Positions 9,593 through 19,424 are shown, counted from the whole stretch's first letter. The stretch: DNA of 62,984 nt, filler included, from 4 parts of 4 records of this genome joined end to end with filler, not necessarily neighbours in it; one strand, 5' to 3'. The notes: generated by a model not told the origin, from the letters alone. Numbers and translations are program-made.

Positions 9593-9684
9593 CGAGTAAC
9601 GAGTAACGAGAAGCGAGAAGCGAAAACCAAGCCAGGTAAGACTGGGCTATTGATCTTCGCAACTCGTTACTCGTATCTCGTCAC
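9593..9684. repeat. Heptamer-armed inverted-repeat element (CGAGnAn / TCGnnnC)
   Basis: CGAGTAA CGAGTAA CGAGAAG CGAGAAG CGAAAAC, about 29 nt spacer, TCGCAAC TCGTTAC TCGTATC TCGTCAC. Confidence 0.85.
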
Positions 9685-9690
9685 TGGGCT

Positions 9691-12600
9691 TTACCGGTGC
9701 CCGGTGAATTCCACCACCTGCTGGAAGGTGGGGCGGTTTTGCCAGTGGATGGGGGCGACGCCGGATAGGCCGATGGCGCGGTGCTGGATCTGGTCCTGGC
9801 TTTCGTCCACGTTCCAGCTATCCATGCTGGCGATGCCGCCCAGTTGCTCGATGGCCTGGTTGAGACTGTCAGCCAGGGCATCGCGGCAGGCATTGCTGTC
9901 ATCGCTATCCGCGCAGCGCAGTTCCCGGTAGGGGTTGGCGCTGGTGCCCAGGGCTTGTTCCAACACTCGCTCCACGTAGCTGTAGTAACCAAAGTTGTAG
10001 GCGGAGCCGCCGGCTGCGGGCTTGTTATCGCGATCCATCAGCGACAGGTTCTGGCCGTTCACATCCTCCACGTCAGTGATTTGCGGCAGCAGGATGTCGA
10101 TCATCAGCGGGTACCAGGCGTCCATCAGGGCCACGGCGGCTTCTTCATCGTAATTACCGCTGCCGTCCCGGTCCCGGCGCATGGCGCCGTTGGCGACCCA
10201 GTCGTGCATCAGGCGGATGGCGCTATCCTGGTCGCCGGTGACCGGTGCACTTTCCAGCAGGGCTAGGGCGTGGGGGATGATTTCCTGGCCGCGCAGGTCC
10301 ACGGTGGCTGCATCGCCCATGGCTTCTACCATTCGTGCCCGGGTGACGCTGCCTTCTTCCACCAACTGTTGCAGGCGCACATCAAGGATGTTGTTGCGAT
10401 GGGCGGAACCATAGGGCGCGTGGGCGTCAGCGGCCCACCAGTCCCGTGCCGGGCGGTTGTTCCAGCTGGCCAGGTAGCCCCGCTCCGGGTTGCTGGCCTG
10501 GGGGTGGGCCTGCTGGGGCAGGAAGCCGTCCCAGTCATATTGGCCGTTGCCCCAGCTGGGCAGTTCCGGGTGGATGCCGTCGGCGCGCTGGGGGTAGTCG
10601 CCGGAATGGAAGAAGGCGATATCCCGGTCGTCGATATAGAACCAGTTGAAGCTGCCTGTGGTGTTGTAGAACACGTCGTAGAAGCTCTGTACATCGTGCA
10701 CGTCATTGCGGGTGGCCTGCATGAACGGCAACGCGGTATCCAGCTCGGCAAAGTAGGTACTGCGCTGGCGGGTGACCGCCACGGGCATGCCGGACACGGT
10801 GGCAAAGCCGATCACCGGACCGTATTCCTCGGTGCGGATCACGCGGCGGTGAACGGTTTCATTCTGGCCCACGGCCTCCGGGTCTGTGGAGGAGGCCAGG
10901 TTCCAGCGCGCCACCCATTCCTCGTCAATCACATCGAAGGGTTTGCACTGGCCGTTGACCTGATAGCCACCCTCTCCGTGGGCCGGGGTTTCAGTGGGGG
11001 AGCAGCGTTGTACGACACGGACATCGGTGAGGTCGGAGCTGCCGGAGGTGGCGCTCCAGGCGAAGTCCGGGCCACGGCCGATCACCACATAGGGCAGGCC
11101 GGTAAAGGTCATGCCTCGGGTATTGATGTCGCCACCGTGGATAGACATTTCCAGCAGTAGCTGGGGGACAAAATAGCTGGTCTGTGGGCCGAACACGGCT
11201 AGCGGTTGGCCACTGGCGGAATGCTCGGCATTGAGCAGCAGGGCATTGGACATGGTGCTCGGGAAACCGTCGCGCAGGCCACTGATGCCGGTTTCAATAC
11301 TCGCGATGCGTTGCAGTACCTGTTCGCGTTGTGTGTCGCTCAGGCGGGTGTCGGCCTGGGTGGCGCTGCCCAGCTGACGAACCTGCCGGGTGAGGGTAGC
11401 CCACTGGCTGCCCAGTTGGGCGCCCTGGTCTTCCAGAAAGGACAGGGACAGAATGCCGCCGAGCAGATCCCCCACGGTGTCCAGCAGGCCGCCGACCACG
11501 CCGGTGCCGGGCAGGGCGGGAACATTGCCCAACGCTTCGGGGCACTGGGGCTGGCCGGGTCGGCCGCAGGGTTCATGGCTCAGGGGTTGGTGGGCCTGGA
11601 ACGAACCAGCATCGAACATCACTGCGCCGGGGAACTGGCCGGCCAGCTCGCCGCTCAGTGGGCACAGGTCGGGCAGGGTGGGCGGTGACTGGGTCGCAAA
11701 CGAGCGGGTGGTGGTGACCGAGGATTCCGGGTCCAGACCGTTGCGCAGGTCTTTCCACAGGGCGCAGGCGCTTTCCGCGCTACCGGTCTGTTCTTCCAGG
11801 GCCTGCAGTAGCAACACGTTCTTGTGCTCGTTACCGCCGCCGCCAGCGAAGATGCCCTGAATCAGGGTGGCGATGGCGACCACGTCTTCAATCACGAAGG
11901 GTTCCAGTTGCACGCCCAGCGCCACGTATTCCACCGGCACCTGCAGCAGGCCGCTGCGCGCATCAGTGACGTACTGGTTGAGGCCAGCCACGTAGTTGGT
12001 GGCGTCTTCGAAGACCTGGGCGCCATCGTCACCAAAGCGGGCAACGGTCTTGGCGATCATGGTGGTGCGGTCTTCTTCCCGGTAGGGGGCATCCACCGCG
12101 ATATCCCTGTCGAAAGAGAAATCCGCGGGGCCCAGGAAGCGGGACAGTTCGCCCCGGCCGGCGCGGCGTAGTACGTCGAGCAGGAACAGGCGGTCAGCGG
12201 CGGTCACATAGCCCACGCCGAACAGGGCGTCGCGGCGGGAGTCGCCGTAAATGTGCGGTACGCCATAGCTGTCGCGTTTGATGTCCACCTGGTAGCCGCT
12301 GGCATCCAGAGTGAGTTCGCTTTCCCAATTACCCGCCTCGGGGCCGAGCAAGGGTGCGGCTTTGAAATAGTCGGTTAGCTGGTCGTCGGTGAGGCCCGGC
12401 TCGCTGCGCACCAGGGCATCGTAGAGGCCCAGTTGGTCGTCGAAGTGGGTTTCTTTGGTGAGCGCGGGCACCAGCCCGGTTTCCGCGACCAGATCATCCA
12501 GCAGGGTGCCCACCAGATCCCCCAGACCGGGAATGTCGGCGGTGAGGCTGCTGAGCCCGCCGATATCATCCTGACCGGGGGGCAGGATGTTGAGCACGGT

Positions 12601-12795
12601 GCCGTAATCCGCATAGGGTGCGGAGACGTTGGCAGGACGATCTGCCGGCGGTTCTGGCGCAGGTGTTTCCGGCTCTGTGGGCTCGTTGGGCGTGGGAGTG
12701 TTGATCACCGGGGCAGGGCTGCTGGAGCCGCCACCCCCGCAGGCACTGATCAGACTGGCGGCAAGCAGCGCGGTAATGACAAATCCGGGTTTCAT
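9691..12795 (-). CDS. Penicillin acylase family (Ntn hydrolase) lipoprotein
   Basis: Lipobox LISAC; RDSYGVPHIYG; beta-subunit nucleophile M|SNALLL; WNNRP. Confidence 0.88.
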   Translation of the reverse strand: MKPGFVITALLAASLISACGGGGSSSPAPVINTPTPNEPTEPETPAPEPPADRPANVSAPYADYGTVLNILPPGQDDIGGLSSLTADIPGLGDLVGTLLDDLVAETGLVPALTKETHFDDQLGLYDALVRSEPGLTDDQLTDYFKAAPLLGPEAGNWESELTLDASGYQVDIKRDSYGVPHIYGDSRRDALFGVGYVTAADRLFLLDVLRRAGRGELSRFLGPADFSFDRDIAVDAPYREEDRTTMIAKTVARFGDDGAQVFEDATNYVAGLNQYVTDARSGLLQVPVEYVALGVQLEPFVIEDVVAIATLIQGIFAGGGGNEHKNVLLLQALEEQTGSAESACALWKDLRNGLDPESSVTTTRSFATQSPPTLPDLCPLSGELAGQFPGAVMFDAGSFQAHQPLSHEPCGRPGQPQCPEALGNVPALPGTGVVGGLLDTVGDLLGGILSLSFLEDQGAQLGSQWATLTRQVRQLGSATQADTRLSDTQREQVLQRIASIETGISGLRDGFPSTMSNALLLNAEHSASGQPLAVFGPQTSYFVPQLLLEMSIHGGDINTRGMTFTGLPYVVIGRGPDFAWSATSGSSDLTDVRVVQRCSPTETPAHGEGGYQVNGQCKPFDVIDEEWVARWNLASSTDPEAVGQNETVHRRVIRTEEYGPVIGFATVSGMPVAVTRQRSTYFAELDTALPFMQATRNDVHDVQSFYDVFYNTTGSFNWFYIDDRDIAFFHSGDYPQRADGIHPELPSWGNGQYDWDGFLPQQAHPQASNPERGYLASWNNRPARDWWAADAHAPYGSAHRNNILDVRLQQLVEEGSVTRARMVEAMGDAATVDLRGQEIIPHALALLESAPVTGDQDSAIRLMHDWVANGAMRRDRDGSGNYDEEAAVALMDAWYPLMIDILLPQITDVEDVNGQNLSLMDRDNKPAAGGSAYNFGYYSYVERVLEQALGTSANPYRELRCADSDDSNACRDALADSLNQAIEQLGGIASMDSWNVDESQDQIQHRAIGLSGVAPIHWQNRPTFQQVVEFTGHR

Positions 12796-12963
12796 GGTGC
12801 TCTCCTCGGGACTTTATTGTTTTGGCGCGAGATTGTTTTAGTGCGAGGGTTGCGTGGGCGTTAGCGCGAAGACGCAATTTTTTCGCACGGTCGTCCCAAG
12901 ATTGGCATTCCTGTGGGTATGGGGGGGAGAGGCGGCAACAAAACAGAAAGAAAAGCCTACTTA

Positions 12964-13181
12964 ACGCAGCATGCATCATGCTTCATGCAACACGGGAAGC
13001 GCGGGGGGAAGCGCGGAGAGAAGAGCAGGTTTGAAAGTGCGGGTGAGTTGAAAGTTTAAAGTTCAAACGCGGGCAAGCGAGGTGGGTGTTCAGTTCTGTG
13101 CCCGCGATTCGGTGATAGCGCGGGTGCGGAGGTTGAGAATCCTCTGCAGATCCGCGCGGTGTTGCGTGAAGCGTGGGGCGG
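12964..13181. repeat. Nested heptamer element (AyGCnnC / GnnGCGT arms plus inner GTTnAAA array)
   Basis: ACGCAGC ATGCATC ATGCTTC ATGCAAC; inner GTTGAAA GTTTAAA GTTCAAA (13047-13067); right GTTGCGT GAAGCGT. Confidence 0.75.
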
Positions 13182-13185
13182 CGTG

Positions 13186-14031
13186 CTAGCCCTTCTCTTC
13201 CATATGCGCCAGCACGTTGGCCAGGCGGTCGACGAGAATCTTGTTGATGCTCTTTTCCAGTACCCGGCCCAGCTCGTCGCTGACCACGGCATCGGCCAGT
13301 GGGCGGATGCGGGTAATGAAGTCGGCCAGTTTGGGCACGTCTTCGCCTTCAGGGAGGGCTTCGTCGCCGTACTTTTCGTCCACCAGGTGGTGGATGATCA
13401 TGCCGATGAAGCGCTCGGCCAGTTTGTCCACTTCCTCGCGGACCAGGCTCACGTGGGTAAGCACGGCATCCAGCGGGACGCCGGCTTCGCTGAGTTCCTT
13501 GCCGGCGTTGTAAACGCGCGGGAAGGGCAGGCGCAGGCGCATGCCTTCGGGAATGATGTAGCCCAGCTTGACCGCTTTGGTCATCACTTCCGGGGTAATG
13601 TCTTCGCCGAAGTCATCCAACAGATCCTGATAGTCCACGTAGGAGGGGACGCTGGGGGTCTGCCAGGAGGTGACGGCCACTTCCAGGCCAAGAATATCGT
13701 TGAGCTCACGGCCCTGTTCCCAGGCGCTGAGCAAGTCGCGGATATTATTGAGGGTGTAACCGCGCTCCAGCAGGGCGCCGATAATCTTCAGGCGTGCCAG
13801 GTGCACATCGGTGTAAATGCCCGTGCGGCCGCGTTTTTCCGGGGGCGGCAGGATGCTGCGATCCTGGTAGGCACGCACGTTACGCACCGTCGAGCCGGCT
13901 TCGCGGGCCAGTTCGTCGATGGTAAATTCCTTGTGGTCGCCGGCATCGGCCGGGGCCTGCTGCTCAGCCGGTTGGGTGTACTTTTTCAGGCTGCGCAGAA
14001 TCGCTGCGGGATTACGGTCACTGGTTTTCAT
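13186..14031 (-). CDS. MerR-family transcriptional regulator
   Basis: FTIDELAREAGSTVRNVRAYQDRSILPPP HTH; start revised to ATG 14031 (the track extension runs through a repeat element). Confidence 0.88.
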   Translation of the reverse strand: MKTSDRNPAAILRSLKKYTQPAEQQAPADAGDHKEFTIDELAREAGSTVRNVRAYQDRSILPPPEKRGRTGIYTDVHLARLKIIGALLERGYTLNNIRDLLSAWEQGRELNDILGLEVAVTSWQTPSVPSYVDYQDLLDDFGEDITPEVMTKAVKLGYIIPEGMRLRLPFPRVYNAGKELSEAGVPLDAVLTHVSLVREEVDKLAERFIGMIIHHLVDEKYGDEALPEGEDVPKLADFITRIRPLADAVVSDELGRVLEKSINKILVDRLANVLAHMEEKG

Positions 14032-14080
14032 GTGGCGATGATAGCCCCCTTTTTGCACTGGGGCTAGAAGGAGAAAAGAG

Positions 14081-14233
14081 ACGCAACTCGCAACAAGCAT
14101 CACGCAACAACGCGGGCGAAGCTCGTGCTGATTGACGGGCCCGGTTTGCGCACCGGCCGTGGGCGCGGCCACGGGCATCGGAAAACTACAGACCGGAATC
14201 GCGCTGTTGCGTGTTGCGTGATGCTTGCCGTGT
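14081..14233. repeat. Heptamer-armed inverted-repeat element (ACGCAAC / GTTGCGT)
   Basis: ACGCAAC TCGCAAC AAGCATC ACGCAAC ... GTTGCGT GTTGCGT GATGCTT GCCGTGT. Confidence 0.85.
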
Positions 14234-15973
14234 CTAAATTTCCACCTGTGCCAGGTTGCGGGCCAGTGAGGGGGTGAAGCGACCCAGCCATTGCATGCCC
14301 ACGGCTTCCGGGCTGACGGGCACCACGGCGCGGTTGCTTTGCACGGCCTCGACGATGGCCTGGGCCACTCGGTCCGGGGTATAGGCCCGGCGCTGGTAGA
14401 GTTTGGCGGCATCTTCCCGGCGGCGGCTCTGTTCTTCGTCGGCCACGCCTACAAAGCGGGTGCTGCGGGTGATGGGGGTATCAATGATGCCGGGGCAGAT
14501 GGCGCTGACACCGATGTTGTGCTCGGCCATTTCGGCGCGCAGGCATTCGCTGAACATCAGCACTGCGCTTTTGCTGGTGGCATAGGCGGGCAGCATGCGC
14601 GAAGGCAGGAAGGCGGCGGCGGAAGCCACGTTGATGATATGGCCGGCCTTGCCGTTGTCGATCATCTGGCGGGCGAATAATCGGCAGCCATGGATGACGC
14701 CCCACAAGTTCACACCCAGTACCTGTTGCCAGTCCTTCACGCTGGTGTCGAGCAGTGAGCCGGACAGGCCGATGCCGGCGTTATTGATCAGGATGTCCGG
14801 GGCGCCCAGTTCCTTTTCCACGTAGTGGGCCAGGGCCTCCATGGAGCGGGTGTTGCTCACATCGCATTTACGGCTGAGCGCGTCGCCGCCTTCACGGACG
14901 ATGATGCTGGCGGTGCTGGCGGCGGCCTCGGCATTGATGTCGGTGCACAGCACCAGTGCGCCCCGGCGGCCAAAGGCCAGTGCGGTTTCGCGGCCGATGC
15001 CGGAGCCGGCTCCGGTGACCACAACGCGTTTGCCGCTGTCTGGGCCACGCGGTTTTGTGCCGGTGATTTCGCTGCGTTGCAGCGGGCCGCAGGCAGGCGC
15101 GCCATCGATGTGTTGAATGAACTCGCGAATCCAGCGGGCAGTTACGTCCGGGTGTTGCAGCAGGGGGCCCCAGTGGCCGCAGTCCAGTTCCCGCCGCCAC
15201 AGGCGGTCGGTCCATTGTGGCAGGCTTTCCAGCATGGCCGGACGCACATAGTTGTCTTCGCGGGCAACGATCAGTTGCACCGGTACCTTGGTATAGCGCT
15301 CCCGGGGTTTGAGCAGGCAGGGCAGCATGTTGGCCCGGTACAGTTCGATACCGTGGGTGCCGTCCTGCAGCTGGGTGGCGCTGGGTTCACTGTGCAGCTT
15401 TTCGGTGCGGCGCAGTACCTGGGGCCAGGCTTTCGCCAGGCCGGCTTTCCATAACAGCGGCGCGAGGACGGGCAGCTGAAAGGCGCCGATGTACCACGAA
15501 TGGCTGAGTTGATTGAGCACAGCGCCGAGCTTCTGTTCTTTCAGCTGTGCCTTCATCCACTGGCCCACGTGGTCCAGGCAGGGGCCGGACAGGGTGGTGT
15601 AGGAGGCAATGCGTTGTTCCGCGCCGGGTTCGGTGACGGACTCCCAGGTCTGGATGGAGCCCCAGTCGTGGCCCACCAGGTGCACGGGCTGATCCGGGCT
15701 GACCGCATCCATCACCGCGTGCAGGTCGGCGCGTAGCTCACTGAGTCGGTAGGCCTTGCGCCCTTTGGGGATGGAGGAGTTGCCGGCGCCGCGTACGTCA
15801 TAGGCGACCACTTTAAAATCCCGGCTGAGCCGTTCGGCCACTTTTTCCCAGACATGATTAGCGTCGGGATAGCCGTGCACCAGCACCACGGTGGGGCTCT
15901 TGTCGGAACTCCAGGTCCGTACGGCCAGATCTACGCCATCACGGCTCACTTTGCTGTCGCACCACTGCACCAT
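14234..15973 (-). CDS. Alpha/beta-hydrolase-SDR fusion (EphD-like)
   Basis: HGYPD and GHDWGS epoxide-hydrolase motifs; C-terminal TGAGSGIG, NNAG, YATSK. Confidence 0.9.
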   Translation of the reverse strand: MVQWCDSKVSRDGVDLAVRTWSSDKSPTVVLVHGYPDANHVWEKVAERLSRDFKVVAYDVRGAGNSSIPKGRKAYRLSELRADLHAVMDAVSPDQPVHLVGHDWGSIQTWESVTEPGAEQRIASYTTLSGPCLDHVGQWMKAQLKEQKLGAVLNQLSHSWYIGAFQLPVLAPLLWKAGLAKAWPQVLRRTEKLHSEPSATQLQDGTHGIELYRANMLPCLLKPRERYTKVPVQLIVAREDNYVRPAMLESLPQWTDRLWRRELDCGHWGPLLQHPDVTARWIREFIQHIDGAPACGPLQRSEITGTKPRGPDSGKRVVVTGAGSGIGRETALAFGRRGALVLCTDINAEAAASTASIIVREGGDALSRKCDVSNTRSMEALAHYVEKELGAPDILINNAGIGLSGSLLDTSVKDWQQVLGVNLWGVIHGCRLFARQMIDNGKAGHIINVASAAAFLPSRMLPAYATSKSAVLMFSECLRAEMAEHNIGVSAICPGIIDTPITRSTRFVGVADEEQSRRREDAAKLYQRRAYTPDRVAQAIVEAVQSNRAVVPVSPEAVGMQWLGRFTPSLARNLAQVEI

Positions 15974-16668
15974 CAGGCTGCTTCCTCTTGCTTGTGGTTA
16001 TTGCCGTTATTGTTTGTGTCGAGCAGGTGCGCCGGGGTGTCGGTCAGCCAGCGCGGGCCCTGATCGTCCATCAGCAGGAATTCACTGCTACCGGCACTGT
16101 GCGTGCCATCGCTCAGGGTCAATTGCCATTGCCACAGGCCGGGGATCAGCGGCCCTTCCCCGATGCGGTTCCCCTCGGGCAGGGTGCCGGTGAGCGGCGC
16201 CAGCCGATAGTGCTGACGCAGGCCGGGAAAACGGTCAGCGAGCTGCTGGGGTGTTTCCCCGCGGGCCAGGGCCTGCGGCAGCTGGTCGCGATAGTCGCGC
16301 AGACGGCGGTGTAATGCGGCCAGCGGAACGGCGTCGGGGCCGCTGAGGCAGGCCTTGGCGGCGTAGCCGTTTTGCACCGCGTCGCAACGCAGTATATAGC
16401 CCATGCCGATTCGGTAACGGCGCTTTCCCGGTCTGTTCAGGCCAAAGCGACGGCGGGTTGGCTGGGCGGTAAAGCGCACCTTTGGCGGGCGGGCCGGATC
16501 GAACAGCTGGTGCGCACGTAGCCAGTCACGGATCAGCAGTTCGCAATCCTGCTCGGTCATGCCCGGTTGCAGGGATCCAGCGATGATCTGCAGCCCTTTG
16601 TGTGCCTGCTGCCAGGCCGCGAGATAAGGCGCCAGGGCCTGCGAGTCCGGGGTCCAGAATGCGTTCAT
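15973..16668 (-). CDS. M24 peptidase-fold protein, probably catalytically degenerate
   Basis: LQPGMTE, GMGYILRC, GYAAK, PGLW; GGAGG RBS before ATG 16668; stop overlaps the SDR start. Confidence 0.6.
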   Translation of the reverse strand: MNAFWTPDSQALAPYLAAWQQAHKGLQIIAGSLQPGMTEQDCELLIRDWLRAHQLFDPARPPKVRFTAQPTRRRFGLNRPGKRRYRIGMGYILRCDAVQNGYAAKACLSGPDAVPLAALHRRLRDYRDQLPQALARGETPQQLADRFPGLRQHYRLAPLTGTLPEGNRIGEGPLIPGLWQWQLTLSDGTHSAGSSEFLLMDDQGPRWLTDTPAHLLDTNNNGNNHKQEEAA

Positions 16669-16708
16669 GAACGCCTCCGCCATGTTGTCGATGGAATGGA
16701 GTCCGATC

Positions 16709-16728
16709 ATTACAGTGCTCAATGTCAC
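16709..16728. promoter_or_regulatory. Operator candidate TKACA-N8-TGTCA
   Basis: ATTACAGTGCTCAATGTCAC; 14/16 identity to the reverse complement of 20290-20305. Confidence 0.55.
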
Positions 16729-16926
16729 GGTCAACCGCCGTGACTGGCATTGTTACCCGGGTGATGACTCCCCAGGGCCAATTGCGGGGGCAAAAACGGG
16801 ATCGCGCTTTGCCACAATCTTCGCGCAATTTTCACATTTCAGGGTGTGTGAATTGTTAGGGTGGGCGCCTGAATAAGCTTCAAATCCTGCGTTTTACCCG
16901 GCGATGGCCGGGATAAGGAGATCAGT

Positions 16927-19227
16927 TTGCGCCATCAAACCCAGACCTTTCGTTACCTGACAGCCCTGATGGCTGTTGTGTTCATGCTCTTTACGGCTGC
17001 GGCCCACGCTGAAGCGTCTGCTCAGCCTGTGGTGGGACAGCCCGGTGAATACGCAGAGCTGGCGGATCTGCTGGAAAATGATGCCAGCCGCAAGGTGTTG
17101 ATCGATCAGTTGCGTGGCGTGCACGCGTCTTCCCAGACAGAGTCGCTGGGCCTGGAAAGTGAAGTGCCGGCAGCGGAGATTGCTGCGCAGGCCCCCAGTG
17201 GCCAGACCGCCGGGCAGGTATCCATGGCGCGTCGCATGGCGGCGGCCACCGGCAACCTGGCCGGTGATATGGGCCGGCAATTTGCGGCGCTGGGCGTGTT
17301 GGTATCGGGCTGGTTTGGCGGCGATGCCGTGGCCAGCGAGGCGACGGCGGCGCCAGTGGAGATGAAAACCGTCATTGCGGCTTTGCTGAATCTGGTGATT
17401 CTGGTGGCCGTCACGTTTGTGGTGTTCTGGGTGCTGCGTGCGGTGGTGGGCTCTGTGTTTGCCCGTCTCAGTGTCTGGGCCCGGGCCGGTTCAGAGAAAG
17501 TGGCGATCCTGCGCACCATGGTGGCCGTGGCAGTCGCGGCGCTGCTGGATATCATCGTGGTGGCGCTGGCCTATCTGGCTGGCACGTTCGTGGCGCCATT
17601 GCTCACCGAGCAGCTGGGCGCAGATGCCACCCGCTTGGCGCTGTTCCTGAATGCCTTCCTGCTGGTGGAGCTGGCCAAGGCGGGCCTGCGTATGTTTTTT
17701 TCTTCCCGCTACGAGGGTTTGCGATTGCTGCCGGTGGCAGCAGAGCAGGCGCGCTACTGTAACCGGTTTCTGGCCCGCGAAGCCGGGTTGATTGGCTACG
17801 GCCTGCTGGTGCTGGTGCCGGTGCTGAACTTCAATGTGTCTCCTTCCCTGGGCAGTGCCGCCGGGACCGTGATCATGCTGGTGGCGCTGGTGTATGCGGC
17901 CGCGGTGATCTGGCGCAAACGCCTGGCGCTGCGTGAGGCCCTGACCCACCGGGCGAATACCGGATCCGGGCCGATACGCCTGCTGTTGCTGGTGCTGGCG
18001 CGGACCTGGCACTGGCTGGCGCTGGCCTACGCGTTGCTGGTGTTTACCGTCACTGTGCTGAACCCGGAAACGGCGTTGCCTTTCGTGGCGTTGGCGACGC
18101 TTGAGACCCTGATTTATGTGGGGCTGGGCTTGCTGGTGTCGGTGGCCCTGGGACAGATGATTGGCAAAGAGATCCAGTTGCCGGAACGGCTCAATGCCAG
18201 CATGCCCCGCCTTCAGGCGCGGGTGAACACCTATGTGCCCACCGGCCTGAAAATCATCCGGGGCCTGATTCTGGCCTTGGTAGTGGTGCTGTCACTGGAC
18301 GCCTGGGAGCTGTATGACCTGGCCGCCTGGTACGCCACCACCGCCGGTGCGCAAACCGTTTCTGCGCTGATTGATATCTTGCTGATTCTGGCGCTGGCGG
18401 CGGCGGTCTGGATTGCCCTGGCCAGCCTGGTCGAGCATAAATTCAGCCCCGGAGAAACCAGTACGCCCGCCCAGGCGGCGCGGGGCGAAACCCTGTTGGG
18501 GCTGTTTCATACCAGCCTGGCGATCACCATTATTATCATGACGGTGATGATCGTGCTCTCGGAAGTGGGTGTGGATATCGGCCCGCTGATTGCCGGTGCC
18601 GGGGTGCTGGGTCTGGCCATTGGTTTCGGTGCCCAGAAGCTGGTGCAAGATGTGATTACCGGGGTGTTTATTCAGCTGGAAAATGCCATGAATACCGGGG
18701 ATTTCGTCGGTGTTGGTGCCAATTCCGGCACCGTGGAGCGGGTGGGTATCCGCTCGGTGGCACTGCGTGACTTGTACGGTACGTATCACATTGTGCCGTT
18801 TTCCTCGGTGGATGCGGTCTCCAATTACACCCGTGAATACGGCAACCATGTGGGCGAATACGGCATTGGCTACCGGGAAAGCATCGACGATGCCATTGTC
18901 CAGCTCGAGGCCGCCTTTGAGGCGCTCAAGGAAGGCGAACACAAGGATAATATCCTGGCGCCGATGACGGTGGCTGGCGTCACGGCCCTGGCGGACAGTT
19001 CGGTGAATATCCGTGTGGTGATCAAGACCACGCCGGGTAATCAGTGGGCAGTGGGGCGTGCCTTCAACCGGCTGGTGAAGATCTACTTCGACAAGGCGGG
19101 TATCGAGATTCCGTTCCCGCATACCACCCTGTACTTCGGCGAGGACCGGGATGGCAATGCGCCGGCGGGGAACATCCGCCTGGCGGATGATCGAGTGGTG
19201 TCCACCCAGAATGGCAGTAACGGGTAA
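16927..19227 (+). CDS. Large MscS-family mechanosensitive channel (YbiO-like)
   Basis: TTG start after AAGGAG; signal peptide, many TMs, GAGVLGLAIGFGAQKLVQD, IEIPFP. Confidence 0.9.
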   Translation: MRHQTQTFRYLTALMAVVFMLFTAAAHAEASAQPVVGQPGEYAELADLLENDASRKVLIDQLRGVHASSQTESLGLESEVPAAEIAAQAPSGQTAGQVSMARRMAAATGNLAGDMGRQFAALGVLVSGWFGGDAVASEATAAPVEMKTVIAALLNLVILVAVTFVVFWVLRAVVGSVFARLSVWARAGSEKVAILRTMVAVAVAALLDIIVVALAYLAGTFVAPLLTEQLGADATRLALFLNAFLLVELAKAGLRMFFSSRYEGLRLLPVAAEQARYCNRFLAREAGLIGYGLLVLVPVLNFNVSPSLGSAAGTVIMLVALVYAAAVIWRKRLALREALTHRANTGSGPIRLLLLVLARTWHWLALAYALLVFTVTVLNPETALPFVALATLETLIYVGLGLLVSVALGQMIGKEIQLPERLNASMPRLQARVNTYVPTGLKIIRGLILALVVVLSLDAWELYDLAAWYATTAGAQTVSALIDILLILALAAAVWIALASLVEHKFSPGETSTPAQAARGETLLGLFHTSLAITIIIMTVMIVLSEVGVDIGPLIAGAGVLGLAIGFGAQKLVQDVITGVFIQLENAMNTGDFVGVGANSGTVERVGIRSVALRDLYGTYHIVPFSSVDAVSNYTREYGNHVGEYGIGYRESIDDAIVQLEAAFEALKEGEHKDNILAPMTVAGVTALADSSVNIRVVIKTTPGNQWAVGRAFNRLVKIYFDKAGIEIPFPHTTLYFGEDRDGNAPAGNIRLADDRVVSTQNGSNG

Positions 19228-19247
19228 CCGCTGGCGGTTCATGCACA

Positions 19248-19274
19248 AAGCGCCTGCAAAAGCGGGCGCTTTTT
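19248..19274 (+). terminator. Intrinsic terminator
   Basis: AAAGCGCCTGC-AAAA-GCGGGCGCTTTTT. Confidence 0.8.
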
Positions 19275-19303
19275 CGTTACGAGACCCGATCTCGGCAGGT
19301 TTG

Positions 19304-19338
19304 CCAGCGTGTTGCATGCTGCGTGAAGCGTGCTGCGG
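19304..19338. repeat. Heptamer array (GnnGCrT), single arm
   Basis: CCAGCGT GTTGCAT GCTGCGT GAAGCGT GCTGCGG between two terminators. Confidence 0.7.
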
Positions 19339-19350
19339 CCGCAGCGCGGC

Positions 19351-19382
19351 AAAAAAAAGGGCCGGCACAAAGTGCCGACCCT
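19351..19382 (-). terminator. Intrinsic terminator of the hydrolase gene
   Basis: A8 followed by GGGCCGGCAC-AAA-GTGCCGACCC. Confidence 0.75.
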
Positions 19383-19424
19383 GGAAGTCACCGGAAAAGG
19401 GAGAGCTCGGTGAATGAAAAACGG

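Noticed and set aside
9593-9684. Heptamer arrays as CRISPR or transposon ends
   Set aside because: No unique spacers, no cas or transposase gene, and no clear target-site duplication.
14032-14412. N-terminal extension of MerR in the ORF track
   Set aside because: Runs through a repeat element and overlaps the SDR gene; ATG 14031 fits the family length.
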